This document shows, piece after piece, positions 20,466 to 31,277 of a stretch of DNA of 64,000 nucleotides. The notes under the pieces were generated by a model. That model was not told the origin of the DNA and searched no databases. It saw only the letters and a program-made list of their open reading frames with translations. Source of the stretch: an uncultured delta proteobacterium (GTDB lineage: Bacteria; Myxococcota_A; Polyangia; Polyangiales; JAFGIB01); the NCBI GenBank assembly GCA_963778655.1, contig CAVZVA010000009.1, positions 160,001-224,000 of the forward strand. Direction: 5' to 3'. How positions within the stretch are numbered: position 1 is the stretch's first letter; every line of letters begins with the position of its first letter. The position numbers and the translations under genes were made by a program.

Positions 20466-22616
20466 GTGGACGGTTCCGACGTACAGCTCTTCCTGAATCG
20501 CGAGCTCTCCTGGCTCGCGTTCAACGATCGGGTGCTCGGCGACGCCAAGGATACGTCATTGCCGCCCTACGAGCGGCTGAAGTTCCTGTCGATCGTCTCC
20601 TCGAACCTCGACGAGTTCTTCATGGTCCGGGTCGCAGGCCTCAAGCAGCAAATCCTCGGCGGCGTGGCCGAACGGACCGCGGACGGAATGCGTCCGAGCG
20701 AGCAGTTCGAGGCGATCAGCGCCTCGGCCCACGCCGCGGTCGAGGAGCAGTACCGGGTCTGGCGTGAAGACCTGATGCCGCTGTTGGAGGCCCAGGGCAT
20801 CGTGATTCTGAGCGCTGAGGCGCTCTCGAGCGAGCAGCAGGCAGTCGCGCGCGCGTACTTTTCGTCGTCGGTGTTTCCGGCGCTGACCCCGCTCGCGGTC
20901 GATCCAGGCCATCCGTTTCCGCACCTGCGCAACAAGTCGCTCAACCTCGCGGTGCTGCTGCGGCGCGAGGGCAAGCGCCGGCGCCGCTCGGCGCGCGCGA
21001 AATCGCTGGCGGTGGTCCAGGTGCCGGCGGTCTTGCGGCGGCTGGTCCCGCTGCCGGCGGCCAGCGGCCGCTGCTTCATCCTGCTCGAGGATCTGATCGC
21101 GGCCCACGTGGGCGACCTGTTCCCCGGATTCACGGTGGAGCAGAAGGCTGCGTTTCGCGTGCTGCGCAACTGGGACCTTACGCTCGACGAAGAGGACTCC
21201 GAGGATCTGCTCTCGACCATTCAGGAGGAGCTGCGCCGGCGCGACCGCGGCGCCGCCGTGCGCCTGGAGCTCGACGCCAACACCTCGCCCGAGCTCGAGC
21301 AGTTGCTGAGCTCGGCGCTGCGACTGGGCCCGCCCGACGTCTACCGAATCCGCGGCCCGGTCCAGCTCAACGACTTGCTGGCGCTTTCAGAGATCGACTC
21401 GCGACCCGAGATGCACGTCGAGCCGTTCGTGCCGGTGGTTCCGCCCGCGATCCGCGCGGCCGACTCCATGTTCGCGTTGATCGGCGCCAAGGACGTGCTG
21501 CTGCACCACCCCTACGAGGCGTTCGATCCGGTCGTGCGCTTCATCGAGGAAGCGGCCGAGGACCCGAATGTGCTCGCGATCAAGCAGACCCTGTACCGCA
21601 TTAGCGGCGACAGCCCGATCGCGCGCGCGCTCACCCGCGCTGTGGAGAACGGCAAGCAGGTGGCGGTGCTGGTCGAGCTCAAGGCGCGCCTGGACGAGGC
21701 CAACAACATCGCCTGGGCGCGTCGCATGGAAGAGAACGGCGTGCACGTGGTCTACGGGCTGATCGGCCTCAAGACCCACGTCAAGGTCGCGCTCGTGGTG
21801 CGGCGCGAGGGCAACGGGATCCGCCGCTACGTGCATTTGGGCACGGGCAACTACAACACGCTGACCGCGCGGCAGTACACGGACCTGTCGATGTTCACGG
21901 CGCGCCAGGAGATCGCCGACGACGCCAGCGCGCTGTTCAACATGCTCACCGGCTACTCCGAGCCTCCGGCGTGGAAGCGCCTGGCGGTGGCGCCGTTCGG
22001 CCTGCAGAATCGCGTGCTCGAGTTGATCGAGCGCGAGGCCGAGCGCGCGCGCAAGCGGGAGCCGGCGCGGATCATCGCCAAGATGAACTCCTTGGTGGAC
22101 CCCACGGTGATCCGCGCGCTGTACGCCGCAAGCCAGGCCGGTGTGCAGATCGAGCTGCTGGTGCGCGGCATCTGCTGCCTGCGCCCCGGCGTGCCGGGCG
22201 TCTCGGACAATATCCGTGTCACCAGCATCGTCGACCGCTTCCTGGAGCACAGCCGCATCTTCGCCTTCGGCGCCGCGGAGCGGGTGGAGGTGTACCTTTC
22301 GTCGGCCGACTGGATGCCGCGCAACTTCCAGCGCCGCGTCGAGGTGATGTTTCCGGTGGAGGATGCGGCGATTCGCAGCCGCGTGCTCGACGAGATCCTG
22401 GGTCTGGGGCTGCGCGACAACGTCAAGGCGCGGAGCCTGCAGGCGGACGGGAGCTACGCGCGCGTGCAAGAGGCTGGACCTGCGGTGCGCAGTCAGGCGA
22501 TCTTGATGGAGTGTGCGAAGCGCGCGGGCGAGGCCCGCACCGGCGAGCCCCTGCTGCGGCACGCGGCGGCGCCGGACGTGCTCGAGGCAGGCCGCAGCGC
22601 CACGCCGCCGAGCTGA
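20466..22616 (+). CDS. ppk1: Polyphosphate kinase 1
   Basis: FLNRELSWLAFNDRVL, SNLDEFFMVRVAGL, LLHHPY, IKQTLYR, HLGTGNYN, SSADWMPRN. Confidence 0.97.
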   Translation: MDGSDVQLFLNRELSWLAFNDRVLGDAKDTSLPPYERLKFLSIVSSNLDEFFMVRVAGLKQQILGGVAERTADGMRPSEQFEAISASAHAAVEEQYRVWREDLMPLLEAQGIVILSAEALSSEQQAVARAYFSSSVFPALTPLAVDPGHPFPHLRNKSLNLAVLLRREGKRRRRSARAKSLAVVQVPAVLRRLVPLPAASGRCFILLEDLIAAHVGDLFPGFTVEQKAAFRVLRNWDLTLDEEDSEDLLSTIQEELRRRDRGAAVRLELDANTSPELEQLLSSALRLGPPDVYRIRGPVQLNDLLALSEIDSRPEMHVEPFVPVVPPAIRAADSMFALIGAKDVLLHHPYEAFDPVVRFIEEAAEDPNVLAIKQTLYRISGDSPIARALTRAVENGKQVAVLVELKARLDEANNIAWARRMEENGVHVVYGLIGLKTHVKVALVVRREGNGIRRYVHLGTGNYNTLTARQYTDLSMFTARQEIADDASALFNMLTGYSEPPAWKRLAVAPFGLQNRVLELIEREAERARKREPARIIAKMNSLVDPTVIRALYAASQAGVQIELLVRGICCLRPGVPGVSDNIRVTSIVDRFLEHSRIFAFGAAERVEVYLSSADWMPRNFQRRVEVMFPVEDAAIRSRVLDEILGLGLRDNVKARSLQADGSYARVQEAGPAVRSQAILMECAKRAGEARTGEPLLRHAAAPDVLEAGRSATPPS

Positions 22617-22627
22617 GGGAACGGCCG

Positions 22628-23395
22628 ATGGCCGCGCCCGCTCGTCACGAGCTCGCGATCGATTGCAAGCCGTGGCTGCAGCGGCTGGGTGCGAGCCTGC
22701 CTTTGGCGCGGGCCGGCCGCGATCCGGAAGGGGTACACCAGCTGCGGGTGGCGATCGCGCGGCTGCGCGTTTGGCTGCGCCTGGCCGACGTGCAGGTGCT
22801 GCGCGACGACCTGAAGTGGCTGCGCGACTGCGGCGGCGCCATCCGCGACCTCGATGTGCAGCTCCAGCTCGATCCGCCGGCAGCGCTGGTCCGGCGCCTG
22901 CAGGCCGCGCGGCCCGCGGCGCAGCGCGCGCTGCTCGAGGCGCTCGACAACCCGCGTGCGGGCGGCCTGCTCGAGGCCTTTTCGCTGCTGCCGCCGATCG
23001 AGCGCGGCCGGGCGCAGCAACAGCTTGCGCGGCTCGCCCGCACCGCGTTGCGGCGCGGGCGCCACGCCTACGCGCGCCCGCACGACCTGCCTTCGCTGCA
23101 CGCACTGCGCCGCGCCGCGCGCAGGCTGCGCTTCGCGCTGGAGTGGCTGGGGCACAGGCCGCGCCAGGTGATCGCGTTGCAGAGCGCGCTGGGCGCAGTG
23201 GGGGACCGCGCGCTCATGCTGCGCGCGCTCGACGCGATGGGGCGCGACGCAGGGCCGTTTCAAGCCTACCGCCACCGCATCGAGCGCGAGCTGCGACGGC
23301 ATGCGCGTGACGCGCGGCAGCTGTGGCTGCAGGCGCAGCCGGCGATCGAGCGCTGGGCTGCCTCGACTGAGCGGGGGGCGGGGACACATGATTGA
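22628..23395 (+). CDS. CHAD-domain (polyphosphate-binding) protein
   Basis: DPEGVHQLRVAIARLR, IRDLDV, LHALRRAARRLRFALE, LQSALG; directly after ppk1. Confidence 0.88.
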   Translation: MAAPARHELAIDCKPWLQRLGASLPLARAGRDPEGVHQLRVAIARLRVWLRLADVQVLRDDLKWLRDCGGAIRDLDVQLQLDPPAALVRRLQAARPAAQRALLEALDNPRAGGLLEAFSLLPPIERGRAQQQLARLARTALRRGRHAYARPHDLPSLHALRRAARRLRFALEWLGHRPRQVIALQSALGAVGDRALMLRALDAMGRDAGPFQAYRHRIERELRRHARDARQLWLQAQPAIERWAASTERGAGTHD

Positions 23396-23425
23396 GGCTG
23401 CGGCTGCCCGCCGCGCTGCGAGGCC

Positions 23426-23899
23426 ATGGAGATCTTCCTGATCCGTCACGCGCCGGCCGTTCCGCGCGCGCCCAGGCAACCGGACGCTTCGCGCCCGCTG
23501 TCGCCCGAAGGCCGCGAGTCCTTCGCGCGCGTGGCGCGCGGCCTGACGCGGCTCGGCGTGCGTTTCGACCGCCTGTACCACAGCCCCTGGCTGCGCGCGG
23601 TGCAGACCGCGGACCTGCTGCTGCCGCTGTGCGATCAGGAGAGCGTGGTCTGTCCCGGGCTCGCGCGCGCGCCTGCGCCCGCGCTGCTCTCCGAGCTACG
23701 GGGCGAGCGCGTGGGGCTGGTCGGTCACGAGCCGTGGCTCTCGGAGCTGCTGAGCTGGCTGGCGTTCGGCAGCACCGCGCACGCCCGCGGGCTCGAGCTG
23801 AAGAAGGGCGGCCTGGCGCGGCTGCGGGGCGAGCCGCGCCCCGGCGCGATGACGCTGCTCTCGCTGCTGCCGCCGAAGCTCTTGCGCGCCGTGCGCTGA
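23426..23899 (+). CDS. sixA: Phosphohistidine phosphatase SixA
   Basis: LIRHA, RPLSPEG, SPWLRAVQTA, LVGHEPWL, LKKGG. Confidence 0.88.
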   Translation: MEIFLIRHAPAVPRAPRQPDASRPLSPEGRESFARVARGLTRLGVRFDRLYHSPWLRAVQTADLLLPLCDQESVVCPGLARAPAPALLSELRGERVGLVGHEPWLSELLSWLAFGSTAHARGLELKKGGLARLRGEPRPGAMTLLSLLPPKLLRAVR

Positions 23900-23943
23900 C
23901 CCGGCTTCGTCCGTGCGCCTGCGCGCGTTTGCACCAAAGATTC

Positions 23944-24000
23944 ACAGGAAGACGGGACGTGAGAGCCACGTGTGCTCTTCCCGTCTGCCCGCCTTCCTGT
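23944..24000. terminator. Bulged stem-loop between convergent sixA and phoU (possible terminator)
   Basis: ACAGGAAG/CTTCCTGT, GACGGGA/TCCCGTC and AGAGC/GCTCT nested arms; no U-tract. Confidence 0.4.
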
Positions 24001-24010
24001 TGCAGCCTTG

Positions 24011-25123
24011 CTACCCCGCCATCAGCTGCAGGATGCGGCGGCGGATCTCGTCGCGCGCGGCGCGGAACGCGGCCACGATCGCCTGCTCGCCGCCGTCGGT
24101 CTTGACCGGATCGGACAGCGCCCAGCCTTCGCGTCGCAGGTCCTTGCCGGGAGCGATCGGGCATTCCTCCGCGCACAGCGTCACCACGGTGTCGATGTCG
24201 CCCATCGGCACGTCCGCCACCGCCTTGGGCCGCTGCGCCGAGATGTCGACGCCGACCTCTCGCATCACGCGCACCGCATACGGGTTGACGGCTTGCGCGG
24301 GATTGGAGCCCGCGCTCCAGATGCGGACGCCGGGCGGCAGCAGCTTGCGCGCCCAACCCTCGGCCATCTGGCTGCGCGCCGAGTTCTGCACGCACAGAAA
24401 CAGCACGCCGTGCGGCAAGCTGTTCTCCCCCGGCGATTCGATCCGACCGAGGTGCCGGATGTCCTTGCCCTTGACCATGAACACCACCATCTCGGCCAGG
24501 TTGGTGGCGTGGTCGCCGATGCGCTCGACGTACTTGGCGACCGATTGCACCCGCGTCGCGCGGTAGATGTTGCGCGGGTCCTCCATCATGTAGGTGAGCA
24601 GCTCGCGAAAGATCTGGCCGTAGTAGGCGTCCACCAGGCGGTCCCGTTCCACCACCTGCTGGGCCCGGTCGGCGTCGCGGCTGACGAAGGCGTCCAGCGC
24701 TTCGCGGATCATCGCCTGCACCACCTCCGCCATCTTCGGCAGATCGACGTAAGGCTTGAGCGGCGGCTCGGCGTTGAGCTCGATCACGCGCTCGCAGATG
24801 TTGACGCTGAGATCGCCGATGCGCTCGAGGTCGGTGACCATCTTCATTGCGATGGTGATGAAGCGCAGGTCCGAGGCCACCGGTTGGCGCCGCGCCAGGA
24901 TCTTCAGGCACAAGCCGTCGGTGTCGACTTCCAGGCGATTGACCTGCTGGTCCTGCTCGATCATGCGCCGCGCCAGGTCGCTGTCCTTCTCGACCAGCGC
25001 CCTGGCGCTGCCGGCGATCATCTCCTCGACCTTGGCGCCCATCATCAGCAGCAGCTCGCGCAGCTTGCGCAGCTCCATCTCGTATTCGCGATCGGTGTGC
25101 TCGCGCTTGGCGGCCATGGTCAT
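24011..25123 (-). CDS. phoU: PhoU fused to a C-terminal ArsC/LMW-PTP domain
   Basis: ATGA overlap with pst[28 protein letters not shown]; then [32 protein letters not shown] in the same frame. Confidence 0.93.
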   Translation of the reverse strand: MTMAAKREHTDREYEMELRKLRELLLMMGAKVEEMIAGSARALVEKDSDLARRMIEQDQQVNRLEVDTDGLCLKILARRQPVASDLRFITIAMKMVTDLERIGDLSVNICERVIELNAEPPLKPYVDLPKMAEVVQAMIREALDAFVSRDADRAQQVVERDRLVDAYYGQIFRELLTYMMEDPRNIYRATRVQSVAKYVERIGDHATNLAEMVVFMVKGKDIRHLGRIESPGENSLPHGVLFLCVQNSARSQMAEGWARKLLPPGVRIWSAGSNPAQAVNPYAVRVMREVGVDISAQRPKAVADVPMGDIDTVVTLCAEECPIAPGKDLRREGWALSDPVKTDGGEQAIVAAFRAARDEIRRRILQLMAG

Positions 25124-25929
25124 CCGAAGCGGCCCGTGATGTAGTCTTCGGTCTTGGGATTGCTCGGCTTGGTGAACAGCATATCCGTTTCCGCGTGCTC
25201 CACCAACTCCCCGAGGTAGAAGAACGCCGTGAAGTCCGAGACGCGCGCGGCCTGTTGCATGTTGTGGGTGACGATCACGATCGTGTAGCGCTCGCCCAGC
25301 TCGTGCACCAGCTCCTCGATCTTCGCGGTGGCGATCGGGTCGAGCGCCGAGCAGGGCTCGTCCATCAGCAGCACCTCGGGCTCGAGCGCGAGCGCGCGCG
25401 CGATGCACAGCCGTTGCTGCTGTCCGCCCGACAGCCCCGCGCCCGAGCGGTCGAGGATGTCCTTGACCTCGTCCCACAGCGCCGCCTGCCGCAGCGCCTT
25501 CTCGACCAGCGCGGTGGGATCGGGCATGGCCACCCCGTTAAGCCTCAGCCCCGCGAGCACGTTGTCGCGGATCGACATGGTCGGAAACGGGTTCGGCTTC
25601 TGGAACACCATGCCCACGCGTCTGCGCACCCGTACCGGGTCGACGCCGCGCTCGTAGACGTTGACGCCATCGAGCAGCACTCGGCCTTGCACGCGCGCGC
25701 CCGGCACCACCTCGTGCATGCGGTTGAGGCAGCGCACGAAGGTCGACTTGCCGCAGCCCGAAGGGCCGATGATCGCGGTCACCCGGCGCTCGGCCAACCC
25801 GAGCGTGATGTTCTTGAGCGCCTCGCTCTTACCGAACCAGGCGTGTAGCCCCTCGGCGCGGATCTTCTCCCGTACCGGCTCTTCGCCCTCGGCGGGCTTA
25901 CGCTCCTCGACCGAGACCACGGCGGTCAC
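25120..25929 (-). CDS. pstB: Phosphate ABC transporter ATPase
   Basis: [51 protein letters not shown]. Confidence 0.97.
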   Translation of the reverse strand: MTAVVSVEERKPAEGEEPVREKIRAEGLHAWFGKSEALKNITLGLAERRVTAIIGPSGCGKSTFVRCLNRMHEVVPGARVQGRVLLDGVNVYERGVDPVRVRRRVGMVFQKPNPFPTMSIRDNVLAGLRLNGVAMPDPTALVEKALRQAALWDEVKDILDRSGAGLSGGQQQRLCIARALALEPEVLLMDEPCSALDPIATAKIEELVHELGERYTIVIVTHNMQQAARVSDFTAFFYLGELVEHAETDMLFTKPSNPKTEDYITGRFG

Positions 25930-26768
25930 CGCGCGCCCTCGCGCGGCGCGGTCAGCATGCGGGCGCCCACGTTGAGCACCAGCACGGTGGCCACCAGCAC
26001 CAGGGCGGCGGCCCAGGCCTGCTGGTGCCATTGCTCGTAGGGCGAAACCGCGTAGGTGAAGATCTGGACCGGCAGCGAGGCCACCGGCTTGTCCAACCGC
26101 GCCGACCAGAAGCGGTTGTTGAACGCGGTGAACAGCAGCGGCGCGGTCTCGCCGGCCGCGCGCGCGACCGCCAGCATGATGCCGGTGGCGATGCCGGGCG
26201 CGCCGGTGCGCAGCACCACCGAGAGGATCACCCGCCACTTGGGGATGCCGAGCGCGAGCCCTGCCTCACGCAGCGAGTGCGGCACCAGCTTGAGCAGCTC
26301 CTCGGTGGTGCGGGTGATCGTCGGCAGCATCAGGATCCCGAGCGCGATGCCGCCGGCCAGCGCGGAGAAGCTGCCCATCGAGAGCACGACCAGCGTGTAG
26401 ACGAAGATGCCGACCGCGATCGACGGCACGCCGGACATCACGTCCGCGCTGAAACGCACCGTGCTCGCGAAGCGGGTGTCGCCGAACTCCGACAGGTACA
26501 CGCCCGCGAGCACGCCGACCGGAATGCCCACGCCGCACGCCAGGCCCACCAGCAGCAGCGTGCCGGCGATCGCGTTGCCGAAGCCGCCGCCGGCCTCGCC
26601 CACGGGCTTGGGCAGCTGGGTCAGGAAGCTCCAGCTCACGCCCGACAGGCCTTTGGCGGTCACGTAGAGCAGCACGCTGAACAGCGGAATGATCGCCAGC
26701 AGGGTGGCGGCGACGCAGCCGGCGCGCGCCAGGACATCGAGCAGGGTGCGGCGGCGATACGCGTCCAC
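25926..26768 (-). CDS. pstA: Phosphate ABC transporter permease
   Basis: [36 protein letters not shown]. Confidence 0.95.
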   Translation of the reverse strand: MDAYRRRTLLDVLARAGCVAATLLAIIPLFSVLLYVTAKGLSGVSWSFLTQLPKPVGEAGGGFGNAIAGTLLLVGLACGVGIPVGVLAGVYLSEFGDTRFASTVRFSADVMSGVPSIAVGIFVYTLVVLSMGSFSALAGGIALGILMLPTITRTTEELLKLVPHSLREAGLALGIPKWRVILSVVLRTGAPGIATGIMLAVARAAGETAPLLFTAFNNRFWSARLDKPVASLPVQIFTYAVSPYEQWHQQAWAAALVLVATVLVLNVGARMLTAPREGAR

Positions 26769-26769
26769 G

Positions 26770-27780
26770 TCAAGTCCTGTGCGCGCCGCCGGGTACGCGC
26801 GCCACGCGCCACACCAGCAGGCGCGCCACGATGTTGAGCAGGATGGTGACCGCGAACAGCAGCAGCCCCAGCTCGGACAGGGCGGACAGGTAGAGGTCGC
26901 CCGAGGCCTCGGTGTATTCGTTGGCAATCACGCTCGCCATGGTAGCCGAGGGATCGAACAGCGAGGCCGAGATCTCGCCGCGGTTGCCGATCACCATGGT
27001 GACCGCCATGGTCTCGCCCAGCGCGCGGCCGAGTCCGAGGATGATCGCGCCGGCGATGCCCGAGCGCGCCATCGGCAGCACCGCCAGGCGCACCGTCTCC
27101 CAGCGCGTGGCGCCCAGCGCGAGCGCGCCTTCGCGGAACACGTTGGGCACCGCGCGCATCACGTCGCGGCTCACCGAAGCGATCGTGGGCAGTACCATGA
27201 TCGCCAGGATCAGGCCGCCGGCGAGCATGCCGAAGCCGCGCGGCGGGCCGCGGAAGATGGGCAGAAAGCCAAACGTGCTCGCCAGCGCCGGCTCCACCGT
27301 CCGACGCAGCCACGGCGTCAGCACGAAGATGCCCCACAGGCCGTAAACCACGCTGGGGATCGCGGCCAGCAGCTCGACCACGAAGCCGAGCGGCCGGCGC
27401 ATGGGCAGCGGGGCGAGCTCGGCCAGGAAGCTGGCGACGCCCAGTGAGATCGGCACCGCGATCAGCAGCGCGAGCAACGACGAGGTGACGGTGCCGAAGA
27501 TGAAGGGCAGGGCGCCGTAGAGATCGCGCACCGGATCCCAGTCGGTGCCGACCACGAAGCCCAGGCCGAAGCGCTCGATGCTGAGCGCCGAGGCGCGGGT
27601 CATCTGCACGGCCATCGCCGCCAGGGTGAGCACGGCGCCAGCCGCGAACGCGGCCGTTACCAGCCGGAAGATGCGGTCGCCGAGATTGACCTCGCCGCCG
27701 CCCAGCTTGGACGGCAGCAGGCTGCGGCGTATGCCCGGCGCGCTCTCGATTCGACTTGGGATCGTTCGCTCCATCCTCAT
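26770..27780 (-). CDS. pstC: Phosphate ABC transporter permease
   Basis: ELLAAIPSVVYGLWG, LGLGRALGETMAVTMVIGN. Confidence 0.96.
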   Translation of the reverse strand: MRMERTIPSRIESAPGIRRSLLPSKLGGGEVNLGDRIFRLVTAAFAAGAVLTLAAMAVQMTRASALSIERFGLGFVVGTDWDPVRDLYGALPFIFGTVTSSLLALLIAVPISLGVASFLAELAPLPMRRPLGFVVELLAAIPSVVYGLWGIFVLTPWLRRTVEPALASTFGFLPIFRGPPRGFGMLAGGLILAIMVLPTIASVSRDVMRAVPNVFREGALALGATRWETVRLAVLPMARSGIAGAIILGLGRALGETMAVTMVIGNRGEISASLFDPSATMASVIANEYTEASGDLYLSALSELGLLLFAVTILLNIVARLLVWRVARVPGGAHRT

Positions 27781-27924
27781 GCTGCCGGCCTAGGATCGGG
27801 ACCGGATACATGGACGCGGGCATCCTGTCCGAGCCGGCGCCGGCCGCAAGACTGCGCGGGCGAGTGGCGGGATTTCTCGGTGTGGGGGCATCGCGGGCGA
27901 CCTCGATCGCGCGCCGGCAGGCGG

Positions 27925-29037
27925 CTAGCTGCTCGGTAACAGGGCCTGTCCTCCGGCGCGCAAGGCGTGCAGCTTGGCCTCTATCTTCGAGACCACCTCG
28001 GCCGGCAGCGCAGCGTAATACAATGGCGGCCCGAACGCCTGGCCCTGGTGGATGGCCCACCACAGGAATTGCGCCATCGCCTTGCCCTTGGTCGCGTTGG
28101 TCTGGTCCGTGTAGACCAGGATGTAGGTGAAGGCAGCGATCGGGTAGGCCGCCTCGCCCGGCGCGTCCACGATCGAGACCCGCAGGTCGTCCGGCATGTT
28201 GTTGGCTACGCCCGCCGCCGCCGCCGAGATGCCGGCCAGCGAGGCATCGACGAATTTTCCCGCATGATTGCGGATCAGCGCGTAGGAGAGATGCGTCTGC
28301 TTGGCGTAGGCGAGCTCCACGTAGCCGATGGTGCCGGGCGTGGTCTTGAGTGACCCCGCCACGCCTTCGTTGCCCTTCGCCCCCATGCCACTTGGGAACT
28401 TCACGCTTTTTCCGGCGCCGACCTTGGTCTTCCAGGTCGTACTCACCGCGGACAAGTATTCGGTGAATACCGCCGTAGTCCCGCTGCCGTCCGAGCGGTA
28501 CGCGATCGAGATCGCGTCCTTGGGCAGCTTAAGGCCCGGGTTCAGCTCGACCAGCCGCTTGTCGTTCCAGGTCTTGATCTGGCCCAGGAAGATATCAGCC
28601 AGCACGTCGGGCGAGAGCTTGAGGCCGGTGACCCCTGGCAGGTTGTAGCCGACCACCACCGCGCCGATCGTGGTCGGGATATGGAGGATGCCCGGCGTCT
28701 TGGCCAGCTCCTCGGCATTCATCGGCGCATCGCTGGCGCCAAAATCCACCGTCTTCTCGGTGATCTGGCGGATGCCGCCGCCCGAGCCGATCGACTGGTA
28801 GTTGATGTGCACCCGGGGGTCGACCTTCTGGTACTCCGCGACCCACTTCGAGTAGAGCGGGAACGGAAAAGTCGCGCCCGCGCCCTGCAGATCGATGGTC
28901 TCGGTGGCCGGTTTGGCGGCCGCGGCTGGCTGGGCCGGCTTGCCCTCGCTGGCCGAGGACGACTCACCGCTGCTCGACGACTGCCCACAGCCGAGCGCAC
29001 AAGCCAGGCTCAAAATGGGTACCCATGCGGATTTCAT
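27925..29037 (-). CDS. pstS: Phosphate-binding lipoprotein
   Basis: Lipobox; GAGATFP, YQSIGSGGG, DFGASD, RSDGSGTT, GKGNEGV-like. Confidence 0.97.
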   Translation of the reverse strand: MKSAWVPILSLACALGCGQSSSSGESSSASEGKPAQPAAAAKPATETIDLQGAGATFPFPLYSKWVAEYQKVDPRVHINYQSIGSGGGIRQITEKTVDFGASDAPMNAEELAKTPGILHIPTTIGAVVVGYNLPGVTGLKLSPDVLADIFLGQIKTWNDKRLVELNPGLKLPKDAISIAYRSDGSGTTAVFTEYLSAVSTTWKTKVGAGKSVKFPSGMGAKGNEGVAGSLKTTPGTIGYVELAYAKQTHLSYALIRNHAGKFVDASLAGISAAAAGVANNMPDDLRVSIVDAPGEAAYPIAAFTYILVYTDQTNATKGKAMAQFLWWAIHQGQAFGPPLYYAALPAEVVSKIEAKLHALRAGGQALLPSS

Positions 29038-29078
29038 TGCGACCCGTCTCCCTTCTCGCAGACAGCTAACCGGGGTGT

Positions 29079-29096
29079 GTGACGGTTGTGTGACAA
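29079..29096 (-). promoter_or_regulatory. Pho box upstream of pstS
   Basis: Minus strand TTGTCAC-ACAA-CCGTCAC, about 40 bp before the pstS start. Confidence 0.8.
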
Positions 29097-29136
29097 ACCA
29101 GGCACAAACAGCCGCCCGCAGCCCGGGGTTTTCGGT

Positions 29137-30844
29137 TCAGAAAATGTAGAAACCGGAGAATTGCACCCGGACATCGTGCGCCTTCACGCGGTCCGCGTAG
29201 CGCTGCTCGAACCACGCTCCTTCCAGGCCGAAGCGGACCTTCTCGATCGCGTCCCAGAACAGATTGAAGTCGGCCCACTGCGAGCGATCGAAGACCTTGG
29301 ACGCGGCGCCCAGCGATGCTGCGTTGTGGCTGTTCATGCGCGCGTAGTTGGCGGCCAGCCAGAGCTTGCCCGAGGGCGGCAGATAGTACTGCAGCCCGAC
29401 GATGAACGACTGCCAGCCGACCGTGTGCAGCCGGCCCTTGACGTCGAACATCACCAGACCGTTGTCGATGTCCGGGCTATAGCTGGGCGCCGGGGTCACC
29501 GCGCCGGAGCTGGGCGGCAGCGGATACGCGGTCACGCCGCCGTTGAGACCAGTGAACATGTCCGAGATGCCCTCGCCCCGCACGTAGGAGCTGGTCAGCG
29601 TGAGCGCGTTGCCCTTGTCCTCGGCGGTCGCCGGCAGGATCGGCATCAGCACGTCGACCGAGACACCCCAGCCGAGCTTGGAAAGGTCGGCTTTGGGGCT
29701 GGCGGAGAGCTCGGGCAGGGCGAAGCGGCGCAACAGGCCCGAGACGCCGATCGCGGCCGGGTCCACCGCGCTGCCGGTGCTGCCCGCGGTGTGCGCGCCC
29801 TTCCAGCCGTTGACGTAGAGGCGCGCACCGGCCTGACCGTCCGGCGTGACGGAGTCGCGCTGGATGGGACGGCTGGCGGCCGCCGCGAGCTCGAAGTCGA
29901 CCGCGTCGCCCTTGAAGCGGTGCCAGAGGCGGATTCTGCGGAGCGCGCGAGTAGGCCTGCCCGGGCAGGCCCTGGATCTCGACGGTGTTGGGATGGAAGT
30001 AGGACTGCCAGCCGAACAGCTGCCAGGTCTGGCCGAGCAGCACGTCGACGTAGGGGTTTTCGAGCTTGAGCCACACGTGGCGCATGCGAAACAGCGGGCT
30101 TGTGATCACGGCCGACTCCGAGGTCCCGGCCGGCTGGTTGCCCATGAAGTCCATCTCGAGCGCGGCGCTCGGGTGGATCTCGCCGATCTGCGGCGCGGCT
30201 AGCTTGAAACCCAGACGCGAGTTGCGGGCGCCGAAGGTCAAGCGCCCGTGGTCGGCGGCGTAGCTGTCGGGACGCGCGATGGCCGCGTTGCCCGCCAGGT
30301 CGCCATAGCTCTGGGTGCTGTCGCCGACCACGTCGAGCTCGACGAAGCCGTAGATCGTGGGCGTCCACTTGCCGCTGTCGGTCGGCTTGGCCGCAGGCGG
30401 CTCGGCCGGCGCCGGCGATGCCGGCGGCGCCGGTGGGGGCGCGGCGGCCAGCGGCGGGGGCGGTGGGGGTGGGGGCGGCTGGGGCTGCGCGGGCGGCGGC
30501 GGCGGGGGCACCACCAGAGGCGCGGGAAGCACAGCGGTGCCGGGCGCGGGCGGGGCGGGGGTGGCGGCAGGGGTGGCCGCGGCGGCGGGGGGCGGCGCGG
30601 CGGCGCCGGCAGCCGGCGCTGCAGGCGCAGCCGGCGCGGCCGGTGCGGCGGCTGCGGGCGGCGTCGCGGTCGGGGCTGCGGCGGGCGCGGTGGCGGGCGG
30701 CGCAGGCTGCGGCTGCCGCTGCGGCGCAGCGCCGGCGCTGCCCGCGGCGGGCTGCGCTAGCGCGGTCGCGCTCCACACCACGCTCAGCGCGGCGATCAGC
30801 GCCGCTCTGCAACCACCGAGAAGGAATGAGTGCGTGCAGTTCAT
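29137..30844 (-). pseudogene. Outer-membrane porin (DcaP-like) with Pro/Ala linker, split by a +1 frameshift at 29934-29935 (true lesion or sequencing error)
   Basis: Signal peptide, IYGFVELD, ARNSRLGF, FRMRH; removing one A from CAGAATC gives APQIRLWHRF... continuous to the terminal FSGFYIF. Confidence 0.8.
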
Positions 30845-30910
30845 GCTGTCGTTCCCGTACCCTCGCCACCGGCGGCGGCTACAAAGGGCCGCCAGATGCG
30901 GCCACGCATT

Positions 30911-30972
30911 GTTTCGAAAGCGTGGCGAGACTGTCGTCGAAATGTGACGATCGGGTGACGGTCGGGTGGCGA
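30911..30972 (-). promoter_or_regulatory. Array of six Pho-box-like half sites upstream of the porin
   Basis: Minus strand TCGCCAC, CCGTCAC, TCGTCAC, CGACGAC, TCGCCAC, TCGAAAC at an exact 11-bp period. Confidence 0.7.
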
Positions 30973-31277
30973 CATCGCAAAGTCGTGCGCGAGAGGCGTG
31001 CCGCGCCGCGTGATCGCGGCGGCGGCCGCGCACTTGGAGCCGATCTCAAGACCCTCCGCGACCGCCTTCCGGGCGGGACAGCGTCGCCTGCGGCGTTGCG
31101 CGACACTCGAAATATCAAGAAGTATTCCATCGGTCGCGCGCCTTGCATCCAGCACCGTCGCGCTCCGAAATCCGGCCACGCCGGGTATCGAGATCGGCTC
31201 TTAGGCGCTTCCAGCGGGCTCGGGGGGGATTTTTTTCGCCCTCCAAGCGACGCGCGGGTCGAAATAGCGTCGGCGCC

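Noticed and set aside
27782..27920. CTGCCGGC/GCCGGCAG inverted repeat between pstS and pstC
   Set aside because: 8-bp GC-rich arms are expected by chance
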